A stretch of DNA of 64,000 nucleotides from Paraspadella gotoi (lineage: Eukaryota > Animalia > Chaetognatha): contig CM119264.1 in NCBI GenBank assembly GCA_051294375.1, positions 30,073,693-30,137,692 of the forward strand, in the 5' to 3' direction. Positions 20,879 through 35,449 of this stretch are shown piece after piece (position 1 is the first letter of the stretch; every line of letters begins with the position of its first letter). Made by a program: the position numbers and the translations under genes. The notes under the pieces are model-generated. The model was not told the DNA's origin, did no database searches, and saw nothing but the letters and a program-made list of their open reading frames with translations.

Positions 20879-23800
20879 AATTTTCCAAAGCCTCACCAAA
20901 GAAGAACTCACCACTTTTAATTCTTTTAACTATTTAGGGCATCGCAAATGCACCCGCTTTTTCCTCTATTCCTTTTAAACGGTTTTACGGTTGCACGCGT
21001 TTTCATTTTGATGGCTTTGTTTTTGTTTTTTGGTTTTACTCACCAGTTTTATTTTCCTCTTTTCCCTCCCCCTAACTCTTACCTTGTTATGGAGGTATGC
21101 GTTACATCTAGCCAATACTGTTACTCCCACGAGTAACTCAGTTACACAATTTAATGCTAGTCCATCGTAATCGTCTTTCTCCAGTTTAGTATGTACTTTC
21201 TGCTATGTATGGTTTGATGTTGCATTTTAAAAGAAAACTTATTTAGCCTGATTTTTTTTCTAATACGAAAGTTTGTTTTTTTAACTTGAATACAAAGGGC
21301 GTTGAAAGGCATAATGTCGGGCCGAGGAGCCACTACTCGTAGGCATGTACCGTCAATGCTCTTCATATTTCTTTCCCTCACGAAAGTCTACTACAATTTT
21401 TGTCGATTTTTTTAAAAAATTGTTTTAAGATTCATTTAATTGCATAAAATTTAAGAGGTTGTTGACAAAACAATTAAAATCGTCCTTTGTGTTTTACTAC
21501 TGCCATCTTTTTAATTTTCACTCAACTAAAAAAATTACGATGTTCGTATCCATGTTTGGTGTGAAGTTGTGACGAATTCGCTTCCTCAGTATATGCTTTC
21601 TTAAATTTATCATTTAAAAAAAACATAGCGACACTAAGCAAAAAAAGCGTATCTCTCTCGTTCTTTAAACCACGTTTCAAACTCACGATTTTATACCTCC
21701 AGTCATGAAATTTATTTTCACCCCTTTGACTCGTCTAAACCCCCTCTTTTGGCCTGGGCAGATATAAAAAAGGCCAATCTGTTTTTATTGGCGTAGGTTT
21801 TAATCGTAGAAGCTTTTCAAACATTTTTATTATTTTGTTTTTAGTCGATTCACTGAATTTTCTAACAATTTTCTCCCGCAGGGAATTCCTTTACCTTTTC
21901 ATCCGTTTTTATGTATCGCTGTTGTTGTTGTTCCATTTTCTTTTAAATATCAATTCCCGTTCGTATTCACGAACATTTATGGGAAGTTTAAAAAACGAAA
22001 CTAACACCCTTTTTCAAAAATAAAAAAGCTCATGGATTTTTTGGTTCCTTCGTTCGAATAAATCATTATGTATGGAGGCAAAGTGAAGTACTATTAATTC
22101 TGAACCGTTAAGCTTTTTCCGAAAGATATTTATTGGGCCTATAATTGCGTTGCTTCGGGTTCTGGTTTTAGATTTACATTTTTACGCCAAGATTTCAGCA
22201 TGTCCGATTACCAAATAATTTAAATGTTTTATTCCTATTAACTTTTAAACACGGACTATTGTGGTAATTTTAGTTCTTTAATAACCTAACCCTGGACAAA
22301 AATATAAATCAAATGATACATTATCGCGTTCATTTTCGTGAACTTAAAAAAGTTAAACATAAGAATTTTCTCAGCTTTACCACTGTCTTCCAGTTTTGCT
22401 TACTTTTCACTACACAATACTTAAAAAAAAGATTCTAAACTTTTGACGTTTCACGTATGGGATCTTTGACTATAACCATTTTTCTTAACTTATTTAGGAT
22501 TATCATCGTGTTCCTTCGCTTTTTGGGAATGATGGGTGTGTGAATTAAATGTATCGAAGGCGTTTCCAGTATAACACCAACTTTTATACCTATCGGCCTT
22601 GCATTGTGATATAAAAAAAAACTTTCTCCTCCAAATCTTCACTAGAGGATCAAATTAAAAAAAAGATCCTTTTGGTTTTGTTTATTTAACACTATAGAAT
22701 AGATTTTTACTTCACTATGATATTGGTCTCTTTGATACGTTGTCGTATTTTCATACGTAGTTCATGTAGTAGCTCAACAAAGATATCACTTGAATCAACG
22801 CTAAGGAAAAAGGAGGAAGATCAACGCGTCTTCCGCTTAATTTTTAGTTTTTTATTCAAAACCGTTTTTTCGCTCTTTTTCTTTTTCACTTAATTGGATA
22901 AGAAATTTTTTTTTTGGCCAATTTTCAAATAAATTTATGTATCAAAACCGATTTTCCGTTCCAAAGCACTCAATTTTCTTTTTTAATCTTCAGGTGTTAC
23001 GAGTGAACTTCAATCTCTATTGTGATAATACCCATGATTACACTTGACTGCTAAATATGTGCTGTATAAGATGGACTTTGCGGACCATTATATGAAAATT
23101 ATACGTATCTTTTGGAATGTTTTTTGTTTTGTAGACTTATTAAATCAAATCAACACGTTTAAGGAATTTTTCATTGTCAAAAGGATAATTTTATAAAGTA
23201 AATTTACTTTTAAAAATTAATTTATTCAAAAAGATTGTACTTTTCTTGTTATGGGTTTCTTAAACTATGCATTTAGTTTGGTATTAAAGCTTTAAACGCG
23301 GTAAAAATATTTAACTCGAATATTCTTTCGCTGACCAATCTACGTTTTGGGTCGTTGGGTGTCCCTTGCTTGGGTCACAAAATGTTCTTCCTATGTGTGC
23401 AACCTACTATAGCTTTTTTACTATTTTTCGCGAAGCTTTTAAAAAATTCTTAATAGACTCGTTTAAGCTTTCTTAGCAGTAGAAAGGGGATGCAGTTTCA
23501 ATGTTTCCGCAAAGTTACTTCTGAACTATCTCAACCATTGGCCTTCAATATTATAATTATATAGGTATATGTAGTGTTCATTCGTCAATACACTTGTGAC
23601 TTTGATATGATTGTTATTATTCTGTGTTACTATGGCGCCTACTCTTAAGATAGAGCTGGAATCTTTTAATCATATAATCCTGACGTGTATTCTTAGACCT
23701 CGTTCAGATTGAATTGTTACGAATATTATTCATATCTACGTAGAATACTGTGAAACTTTCCAGTAGCTTTTTCGGTTATCTGGGAAAACAACCTGGCATG

Positions 23801-24526
23801 AAATATTATGCGTTTTGCTTCCTTTATTTGTAGGTCCTGATTAATTTTGGAAAATAGAAAATTTTCAGCCACCCTTAAAACGTTTTTTCATTAATTGTAA
23901 CGAAGGTAGAAATACTAGCTCGTATTTTTAAATTACACAAGGCAGTTTTGAATTCTGTTGTATTCATACCGAGACCAAGATTCAATACAGTCAAAGATGA
24001 AAGTAGGAATTATATACTATATTATACCAATATATTCATGGAAGTAACCTCAGTTTAAAATAGTTCAAAACTTTTTTCAAAGATTTTTGCAATTACTCGG
24101 CCATTTGCGTTCTCAATTTTAAACAAAGGTTAAAGCGACAAAATTAACGTGATACTATTTAAAAGGAAACAGAAATAAATAGGCTTATCATTCGGGCATC
24201 TCTATACGAAGACACCATGCGCATCTTTGCCACATTTCTGGAAGCGGAACTCTTAGAATCAAGTTGCAAGAATTTTTTTTGCAAACTCAAAATTTTTTTT
24301 AGCTTTAACAAAATTCCTGATGCCACTTTTTCGGCCGAATTCACAAGTTGACAATAAAAATTGGAGGGAGGGGGCTGATGGCGGCAACTAGTCGGCCGAA
24401 ACTGGCATTTTTCAAAAAAAAAGTATGCCTAGTCCTAAGCTTTCAAAAACTGGGAAGAAGAAACCAATCGTCATATGGTGGGCTAAAAAAAACCTAGGCA
24501 GAGGGATCTAGGAATTAAAAAGCGTC

Positions 24527-27500
24527 CTAAGTGTCGATCACTTCGGATTGTTGATATTCCCAGAAGTCTTTCTCGTATCCCTCGTGACAGTGACTTAGTA
24601 AGACGGTCCGGCGGTTCTCGCAATAGCGCGACTTGTCCTGAACCTTCTGCTTGATGTCAACGAGGATGTCCGATGTGATGTCTCGCTCCAGATATTCTGA
24701 GAGTTGCTCCGTCGCGTTTTCTAGATCTTTTTGATTGTCCTAAAACGAGAAAGTTTAAAAACGAAAAATCGCAATAGAAGAAATTTCCTCATAATACAGT
24801 TTACCAAGACAGAAGATTGGCTTTTAAACTTAATTACGACGATAAAAAGCAAAAATTGTGATTAAGTAACAATTTTGTTCAATTAAAATATCAAAACGGG
24901 CGTCATTATAAACATCAATTACAACAAAGACCCACCTCAAATATGATCGAGTGATTGTTTCTCTTCAAGTAAAAGGCAAAGACGTAAGTGTACATCAGCG
25001 TGCTCCTGCACTGAGTCAGGACGTCCACGGCCTTCTTCAGAAACTGAACTTCGATCCAAGACATGTTGTGTTGCTGCATTTCCTCCATCTTTTGCCTCAC
25101 GGAGGCGTACAGCTTGTGTTCGAACTTAAGCGACTGCATGTGGTTCATGTATCTGCGGACGGAAAACAAAAAATTCGCCTCCCATATAGCTTGGTGAAAC
25201 TCAGCTCGTCCCATTGGCTTGGTCAGCTCAGTACTCGTTCACCAACCATGGTTCAATCCCCTCATGGTCCACTGGTTATGCCGACAACATCCTGCCTAAG
25301 CATGGGGTGGTCACTGCAGGTCCAAAGCCCTGAGCGCCAGCTTTCGGGAGATGCTTCACACCCCGGGCATCACATATGCCATAATATAATGTAATCTTAA
25401 TTGGACCCTGATGTAACGACCATTTAGGGAACAAGCTCCATGATTATTTCCTCACCCCGTGAACTTACCCTTCTAAATCCTGTCCTCACCTGTTACAGTA
25501 GAAGAGATAACGAGCCAGGGCGGCCCTGGACTTTTCCTGGGCATCGCGCGCTTTCCTCGCTTCGTCCTCGTCGTATCGGTTGCAGTTGTACCACGAGGAA
25601 CCATGAGGCTCCCATGGGCCCAGACAAACCCAGCAAAAGTCCGCTTTGCAATTTTGGTTCTTACAGACCTGCGTTGAATGTTTTTTTTAAGGATAATAGA
25701 AAATAGAAAAAAACTTCTGCTCTGGCTCGATATCTCGAATTTATCCCTCTCCCGGATGTCATACCATGTGATTACATCCTCCGTCTTTTTCTATCGTCAC
25801 GTGGCACTTGGGACATTCTCGGGTGTTGGCCGCGATCCAATTCGACGTTTCACTAAAATTTGAATTACATCCGGCTTTAAATTTAATCACATTCGAATAT
25901 CAAATTGAACGACATCCGGGTTATTTAAAAATCCTGACCTGTCGTCGTCGCATTTCTTGATCCACTTTTTGAGCCAAAGGCATTTGACCGGATCGTGCCA
26001 ATTATTTCCGCAGGCAAAGCAGAAGACGTGGCTGCACTTGCATTCCACGGGTTTCGAATCTGGATAAGATACCTGAAGGAAGAAACAATATTAGTTGAAT
26101 AACGTCATTAAATTAATTATTAAATGCTATTGATGCTAGTGCGCAGTACAATATAGTATTCCCCGATTTAATACTTAAGGGAGTGGTATTTTCATACAAT
26201 TGAAACATTCTTTGAAATATTATGCCACTTCATTGATAGGGAAGCCAGAAACACAGAGTGAATAAACGAGACTGTAAGAGAGTCTTGATTGAAAGCTTGC
26301 AGGGACCTGCTATGTTATTATCTTGTAAGTGTGATGGAGGCCTGAAACTACCAAAGCCTGTCCCAAGTCAGGGACAAGATAGCTTTTTTATATAATTTTA
26401 TATTTGTTGTACCAATTTCATATAATGAATTAACTTCCGATTCTGGTTAGCATGCAATATCAATACTAAGACCTTGATGGCGTATATGCAATTGGGAGCG
26501 GGACACCAGCGCATTAGATGGTTGCAATCAACGAAAGAGTTCGTGATGTGTTGTTTGTACTTGAGGAATCACTTAGGATCCGTCACCAGTTTCCTGCGTG
26601 AGAGAGAGAGAGGGGGGGTGTTTAGAATATTGACTCTTCCATCACCAATTTAAAAGTCAACTCCCCTCCCTTCTTCACCCCAATTTGACTCACATGACGG
26701 TGTTGTCGTCGACCAAAATATCACAAGCGTGAGCGGCGCAGGAAATCTTCTGACCCATTCCCTCGTCCATAATTTTGGTGGTGAGGTATTCGACCCAGCA
26801 GCGCGTGCAAAAGTCGTGGCCGCACTCAGCGCCGCATCATCGTCGTCGGCATCGGGGTTAAACAAATGTCGCACAACGCTTCCTTGTCTCCCGACGGCCC
26901 CGCGCCTTTATGAACAAGTGGGACATAAATATTAGTAGGAAGTTGGAAGAGACGATCGCACTTAAACTTCCTTAGTTCTCTTTTTTTTTTCATCTCACGC
27001 GTTTTTCTGACAACCCTCTTACCAAGAGCCCCGAACAAGGTTCAACATCTACCTTTCTCCGCCTCTATCTGTACTCTATCTCCGTCGGAAGCGCGCCTTT
27101 TCAACTTGGCCTGGTTCTGAATCTCTCTCAACATCTTCATACCCTCGGCGGTGGGGGCGTGGGCGACGACGGCCTCCTGCGCGCGCGAACTCTTGACGCC
27201 GAACCCACCCACGGACTTCTTGGCCGAGGGGTGGGGCCCGGGGTTGACTGATTGGGGCGGGACGACGTGGGCTTCGTCGAAAAGCTTCGTCTGGTCGCCG
27301 AGATAATACCTAAACAGGGGGGGGGGGGAATCGGCAAGATGATAAGAAATCACACATTTAAAATGTAAATTCCAGCAGCGATTAACAATATTACTTGATT
27401 AAACAGTACATATACAGTACAGTACACAGTGTATAACCAATGAAATTTAAATTACGTGTTACAATTTTACGCATAGCGGCTAACAGAGCGACAATAGTGG

Positions 27501-28087
27501 CGGTCTCCTAAAAACGCTTTCAAATCACGGGCACCGGACATAAAAAACTTTATGTAGCACTTACCTTCTCAATAAACTACTTTTTTTAGAACAATATTTT
27601 TAATTAATCTTTATGTTTAAAATTACTTATTTGATTACGTTGCTATAATTTTATTACCGACCTATACGATTTGTCTCTAACAACGGACCGAAACTAAATG
27701 AGGAACTTTTCGTTAAATTCGATAAATTTTGTATGCTTTACCTTTCCATGAGCTTTTCTTTGTCCCACCGAAAATGGTTAAGCAAAATCCTCGTGGTTGT
27801 GACAGGAATTTGAAGAACTTGATTGACATCTTTAATGCAATCGACCATGTGTCCCAAGATTTGGTCCGTAGAGAGAATGTCGTACGTAAAATCCTCCTAG
27901 ATAATAATTTATAACTGATATATATTATTATATATTATATATTATAATTAGATAGAAAATCCCTGACCACGGGTTGGGTGTCGGGGTTGTCAGGTTCGGC
28001 GAAGATGTAGGGTTCGTCGACGTCATTCTCCGAGTCGCTTTCATTGTCTGAGATTTCCGAAGGATAATTGTCTTCGTCCGAATCCAT
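24527..28087 (-). CDS. ARIH1: Ariadne-1 RBR E3 ubiquitin ligase (10 exons); two frame lesions as assembled
   Basis: Acidic N-terminus MDSDEDNY..., then [17 protein letters not shown]|YY, RING1 CDIC...[26 protein letters not shown] and RING2 [18 protein letters not shown]|VC...FCWVCLGPW. The Ariadne domain reads [16 protein letters not shown]...[10 protein letters not shown]. There is a frameshift at ~26825-26837 and an in-frame TGA at 26569-26571. Confidence 0.93.
25185..25380 (+). mobile_element. Possible tRNA-derived SINE-like insert in an ARIH1 intron
   Basis: GC-rich island in an AT-rich intron, with a Pol III B-box GGTTCAATCCC at 25250-25260 and a weak A-box-like TGGCTTGGTCAG at ~25215. 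Confidence 0.35.
26228..26390 (+). mobile_element. Dispersed repeat family copy B, in an ARIH1 intron
   Basis: CTTCATTGATAGGGAAGCCAG...CCTGCTATGTTATTATCTTGTAAG...GATGGAGGCC...AGCCTGTCCCAAGTCAGGGACAAGATAGCTTTT aligns with copies A and D. Confidence 0.75.
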
Positions 28088-29035
28088 GATTTCTTGTGAC
28101 GGTGACGGGGTGACGGGAAGCGCTCACCAAAAAGTCTTTCGAAAGCAAAACTGTTAAGCAGCTTCGTCGCTCCGCTGTCGTCAAGTCTTAAGATTTTAAA
28201 GCAGAAAAATTTCGTACAAACGGTTCATTTCTAAAAATTGTGGGGTTGCGTCAGCCTTGAGAAACAAATAAGTCATATATATTCATTGAACTGGTGGGAA
28301 GAAAAAGCATAAATTGGATCATGAACAATTACGTGGAAGCCTATTTTTTATTTATCGGTCATCGATTAAAAATGTTCAGACACGAATTACCCGAGAATAA
28401 AAAAGAGATAAGGCTTAGGAGAATTTCAACTGGACTGGAGTCTGACTTCCATTTTCCACGAACAGATGATGAAGACGACGACGACGACGAGGAGGAAGGC
28501 AAGGAGGAAGAGAAGGAGGAAGAGAAGGAGAAAGAGGAGGAAGAGAAGGAGCTGATTGAAGAGAAGAGACGTCATGTGGTTCTTGTTCTTCTGTTTCTTT
28601 TCTATTACAGAAAACGGATCAACGTTTTAAGAAAATTTATATTTAGGTTTCATGATAACAAGATATAACCTTTAGTATTTAGATTAAAATCTAGAATAAA
28701 TCCTAATCTTAATTTGCGCAATCACAGTTTTCTTGAGATTCTAAGTTTTGACAAGTTACAAGAATAAGGGAGACTTGTGTGTCAAATATTGTACGAAATC
28801 TATCTTTTGAGTAACTGACTAATGACAGGTGACACGATTAGAGATAATTCGTGAGAATTTTTAAAATTTCATTATAAAACTACTAGTGTCATCTTGATAA
28901 CAATGAATTGACAACAAAATAAGGCTGGATTTAGAATTAAAGAGTTTTCTTTTTCTCGCGAGGTTGGTGTCCGTCGATTCTGTGTTAGGAACCCATTTTG
29001 AAATTAGGGATCGAGTCTGTGAGGCTTCTACAGCA

Positions 29036-31252
<2,217 letters not shown>

Positions 31253-31599
31253 CTAGGATCTTTTCCGTTTGATTGACTAGAAGACGTGGAATTTCCTATG
31301 ACCATGACGCGTCAAGGTCAACGTATATGATTCATGGTCGCAGTCTTAAAGCAGTTTTTAACTAATCTCTTCCTTTTAATAACAAAAGCTGCTCGATGGG
31401 GAAATTAATTAATATGACGATGAATACGCATAATTATGAGTTTATAATAAAAACAGATGTGTAAAACTTTGGATGATGAATTAGTTAAAAGTTGAAAGTA
31501 TGTCTCTTGTTACTTTCTATCTACTCTCATAAAACGTTAAAAAAGAACCGAATGACAATGTACATATGTAGTCAAATAAAATTTCAATTAAATGAACGA

Positions 31600-32403
31600 T
31601 CAATATGGTGCTCCTCTTCCTCTTCCCCGTCCTCGGCCACGCATTTTTCCGAAGCTCGACGATCCACCAGGGTATCCTGCCATCACGCTTCCCGCCTGTC
31701 CCATGTTCGACATGCCAAACATGGCGAGCATGTCGGCCGCGAGTTCGTTCATCGTTCCCGCGTAACGAGTTCCGTTGGCGGCGGGTGAGTGAATCCGCGG
31801 CGGACGCGAGGCCCGAGCGTCGTCGCTGGGATACATCAGGGGTTGCAGCATGATTAGCGCCCGCTGCATCGAGGACCAGGCCTGCGAGGGTGGGCCGGAA
31901 GACTCGACGCGGACGTGCAGAGGGTAGTTGAGGTGATCGTGGGCGGGATCTCCCGACGCCGCCAGTTCCGCCTCTTTCCCCGGCTCCTTCATCTTGGAGG
32001 ATCGCATTCCCTGGATGGCCAGTTTGACGCCGGTCTCCTTGGCTATCTCCCGCATGTGGCGCCCTCCGGGTCCGAGGATTCGACCGACGAAGTTGAAGGA
32101 GGGAGCGATGTGGACAGGAACGAAGAGTTTCTGTACGAGTCTCACGGTCTGAGTGTCGACACGGACGAACTCGGGATTCTCCAAATCGCGACGTCGACGA
32201 ATCTCGCGACGGATGAAGTCGATCGTGGTGGGCGTGGTCGAAGGATCGAGTCGAGACAACTCTCTCTCAAGCGACGTCCACTTTTCCTTCTCTCGCTCGT
32301 CCCACTTTTCGAGATCGGATGGCGCCGTCGCAACTGTCGCTGCCGTCGCAGCCGCCGTTGCCCCAGCCTCAGTCGCCGCCGCCGCCGCCTCCTCGTTGGA
32401 CAT
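31600..32403 (-). CDS. STAR-family KH-domain RNA-binding protein, Sam68/KHDRBS-like, intronless
   Basis: Single ORF with first ATG at 32403. QUA1-like ELSRLDPS...FIRREIRR, KH KLFVPV...FNFVGRILGPGG...ETGVKLAIQG...LHVRVE, and a C-terminal RG tract ending in a PY-NLS-like RGRGAPY*. Confidence 0.85.
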   Translation of the reverse strand: MSNEEAAAAATEAGATAAATAATVATAPSDLEKWDEREKEKWTSLERELSRLDPSTTPTTIDFIRREIRRRRDLENPEFVRVDTQTVRLVQKLFVPVHIAPSFNFVGRILGPGGRHMREIAKETGVKLAIQGMRSSKMKEPGKEAELAASGDPAHDHLNYPLHVRVESSGPPSQAWSSMQRALIMLQPLMYPSDDARASRPPRIHSPAANGTRYAGTMNELAADMLAMFGMSNMGQAGSVMAGYPGGSSSFGKMRGRGRGRGRGAPY

Positions 32404-32624
32404 TGTTTCAATGACAAAAACGTCCACACAATTAAGGGCAAATGACTGAGAAAAATGGCAACGGATTAATTGTTTTTTTTTTTAACAAAAGAAGAAACGT
32501 CGCGAATGTTATATATATGGAGAATGGCGGGAACATGAAGAAAAACAAACGGAACAATGCGTAAAAGAAATAAACGTTTTGTTTCCGAGATGGTTGAAAG
32601 GAAAAGTGAGAAACAAATTGGCAA

Positions 32625-32893
32625 CTAAGATCTCATAGGAGGAGAGACGAGAATGACGCCGTCGCCTCTGACGAACAACATGGGAATGTTCCTCTTCGTC
32701 GTTTTATAAACTTCCTCGAACGTCTCTTCGTCTATCTCGATCGTCGTCACGCATTCCTCAACTTCGCCCAACACCATGTTGAGATGTTGGTCGTAGGCGT
32801 GGAGTCGACCGCGGAGCTCGCGATCGTTGCGCATCTGGGGAGGCGGGGAAATAAGGGAATGAATTGAGAAGAAAACGAGTTATTGTGGCATCT

Positions 32894-32939
<46 letters not shown>

Positions 32940-33183
32940 ATTCTGTAGTAGTAAGTGATCGGCCAAGTGGCCAATATCTTTCCTTGTATTGTCTTAGGGT
33001 ATTCATAATGATCGTTGCCATAAAATTCTATTCCTTAATTTTCAAAAACATTAAACATCAACTAACCTTGACATAAATCCTTTCGTCGAGACTAAGTCTA
33101 ACCAGATCGAGCGGTTCTTCGACGACGTTGGCCGGCGCCGCCTCTTTTCCCGCCGCCGCGTTCGCTTCCTCCGCGTCCGCCAT
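32625..33183 (-). CDS. LSM3: U6 snRNA-associated Sm-like protein LSm3 (2 exons)
   Basis: Exon 1 MADAEE...[19 protein letters not shown] (33183-~33067) and exon 2 [23 protein letters not shown]...[18 protein letters not shown] (32834-32625). Confidence 0.97.
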
Positions 33184-33391
33184 TATTTATTTTGCGTAAT
33201 ACAACAAATGTAATACAACAAATGTCAAAATGTATTTAAAATATTTCTATAATCAAAAAAATAAACCAGTCCAAAATCTAATAGCCCCGAACATGATCTA
33301 ATTCCATATCCAACAGAAAGATAATTTTTTTCCCAAAAAATCTTGAGAAATGAGATCGAAAGTGAAAAAAAATTTTTTTTTCCAAACGATT

Positions 33392-35182
33392 TCACGGGAG
33401 CATCTTCGTGATTTGACTCGTCTCCTTCGCTCTTCGACGCGATCGCCAAATTTTGACGGAGAAGTCGTCGCTGACGCTGACGAGCATCTCCGGGTCGACG
33501 GGATTGAAGGCGACAGAGTTGACGACGTCGTCGTGGGCCAACGTGGCCAAGTGGCCCTTCATCTCGGGGTAGCGTCGGTCCCAGACGTAGCCCTTGTTGT
33601 CCTCGGCCCCGCTGGCCACGAGCTCGGCGGAGACGCTGAGGAAGATGAAGAAGCAATCGTCGTTGGGCGTGAAGGCGGAGTGAGAGGCGTGAAGAGTCCC
33701 GTGATTCTCCATCGTCAGGAGATCGAAGACGTGGATGCGAATCTCTTCGGCGATCGGCGGAGGATTATGCCATTCGCCAACGCGGTAATTGGCCGGCCAA
33801 GCGCGGCAGTTTACGTAGAGGAACCGGTGGTCGGGCGATAGGGCCATGCCGATCACGTGACCGTGCATCTCGTAGAGGGCTTCCGGGACGCCGTCCGCGT
33901 CGCTTCGCACGAAGGGCTCGTAAATCGTGGGTGGGGATCGGCGGCAAGTTTCTACCCGGGAAGCGGACACGTGTTTGACGACGATCTGATGCGGGACGTA
34001 GGTCCAGGATCCCGAGGTGAAGATGAGCTGTTTGTCTTCGGGTTCACGAGGTCGATTCCAAGAGAGAGACGCGCGATCCATGGGCGAATCCATGGATCGC
34101 AACTGCTTCTTGCAGTCGGCGACGATGACATCTCGAATGGACGAACCGTTTTTGTTAATGAAATCGAAGAGGCGAACGTTATTTAAAGTTAGATCGTGAG
34201 AGATCGGGGCGTCGCTAGTGGAGTTGGATCGAGTGGAACGAATATTCCGAACTTCGTTGAGACATAATGTGGAATTTGAAGTCAGCGATGCAATCCAGTT
34301 GGTCGTTCCTGGAAGGAAAAAGCACAGTCAAAGCAAGGTGGGAATAAAAAACGTGCGATGGAAGCCCGACCTGAAATAAGGCAATTGTCGTCGAACCAAC
34401 TGCTGAAGACGTCGAAAGGCTTGTTGACGATCCTGACCAGAAGTTGATACGGATCGCAGAGATCAAAAACGGCGATTTCCCCGCTTTCCGCTCGTTGCGT
34501 TTCTAAGAATAGGAAAGGAAAAGATAACAACGATTAGGCTCATTTTACAAAGAAGCCCGAAAAAAGGCTTTACCATCCAAAACGCCAGCAACGAGCAATA
34601 GAGTCACCGAAGGGTTGAATTGACTAGATTGAGTATATTTCCACTGGAACTCTCGCATATCCTTGTTAAAAAGTAGAGTAGAGGGCCCATCGCCTGAGGC
34701 CCAAATCTATTGAAAAAGTCAGAGAAATAGGGTTTTTGTTTTGTCCATTGGAGGAATGAATAGTAGTGAGATAACGAAGGGCGAACCTTAACTGTCGTGT
34801 CTTTAGATGATGTGGCGAAGAGATTTCCATCGGGACTGAAGCTGACGTGAAGTACCTCGTCCGTGTGCTCCCGATGCACCTCGCATTCCACGCAGGGGAT
34901 TCTCTGATGCAGCCGCTCGTACTCGAATCTCCAGTCAACGTCTACTCGTCCCAAGCTTTGGGCAGACGCGGAAAGGCGCCACCTTTGAGAAAAGACGCTT
35001 TTCCACAGCAAGTTGTCTCCGGCCACTTGCCTCCAGCTCTTGCAAGTCTCGGAGGCACAGATCAATTCGGGCGCCCGCAAATGAGCGAAGATTTCGAGAA
35101 GGATCGAGTCTGGGAGTCTCTGCCAGGGGCTTTCATCCAGGCGGTTTAGGTCTACCCCTGAAGAGTCTCGTAGCCTCGGCAT
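33392..35182 (-). CDS. FBXW5: F-box/WD repeat protein 5 (4 exons)
   Basis: F-box LPDSILLEIFAHL...CKSW, then HTDEVLHVSFSPDG...SKDTTVK|IW, WKYTQSSQFN, NKPFDVFSSW, GHVIGMALSPDHRFLYVNCRAWP, VASGAEDNKGYVWDRRY and HDDVVNSVAFNP...VSVSDDFSVKIWRSR. Exons join in phase. Confidence 0.93.
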
Positions 35183-35449
35183 TGTTTTATCGTTCACAGC
35201 ATAGTTTGGAAAAGTTTATTTATATCTATATAATACTGATTGGAATTTTTTTTTAAAACGAAATATCCCAAATTAGATTAAATTTTGTTTTCATTGCGAC
35301 GCAACGCTTCTTTTTTTTATTATGTGACTCGATCGACCGAAAAAAAAATATGAACTCGAGAAGAAAACATGAGCAAAACCAAATAATTCGGGGGTCAAAA
35401 TGAGACGAGGAAGAATTTCTTAGAAAAAAACTAACTATTAACTTAACTA

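Noticed and set aside
26569-26571. Selenocysteine or a reassigned TGA codon in ARIH1
   Set aside because: The aligned residue is Val, not Cys or Trp. TGA is a normal stop in HIPK, ZnT7, CRP and SMIM30, and a nearby frameshift points to local sequence error.
28294-28668. Acidic Glu/Asp-rich ORF between ARIH1 and ZnT7
   Set aside because: It is a purine-rich trinucleotide-like low-complexity tract open in several frames, with no ATG-anchored model or homology I can support.
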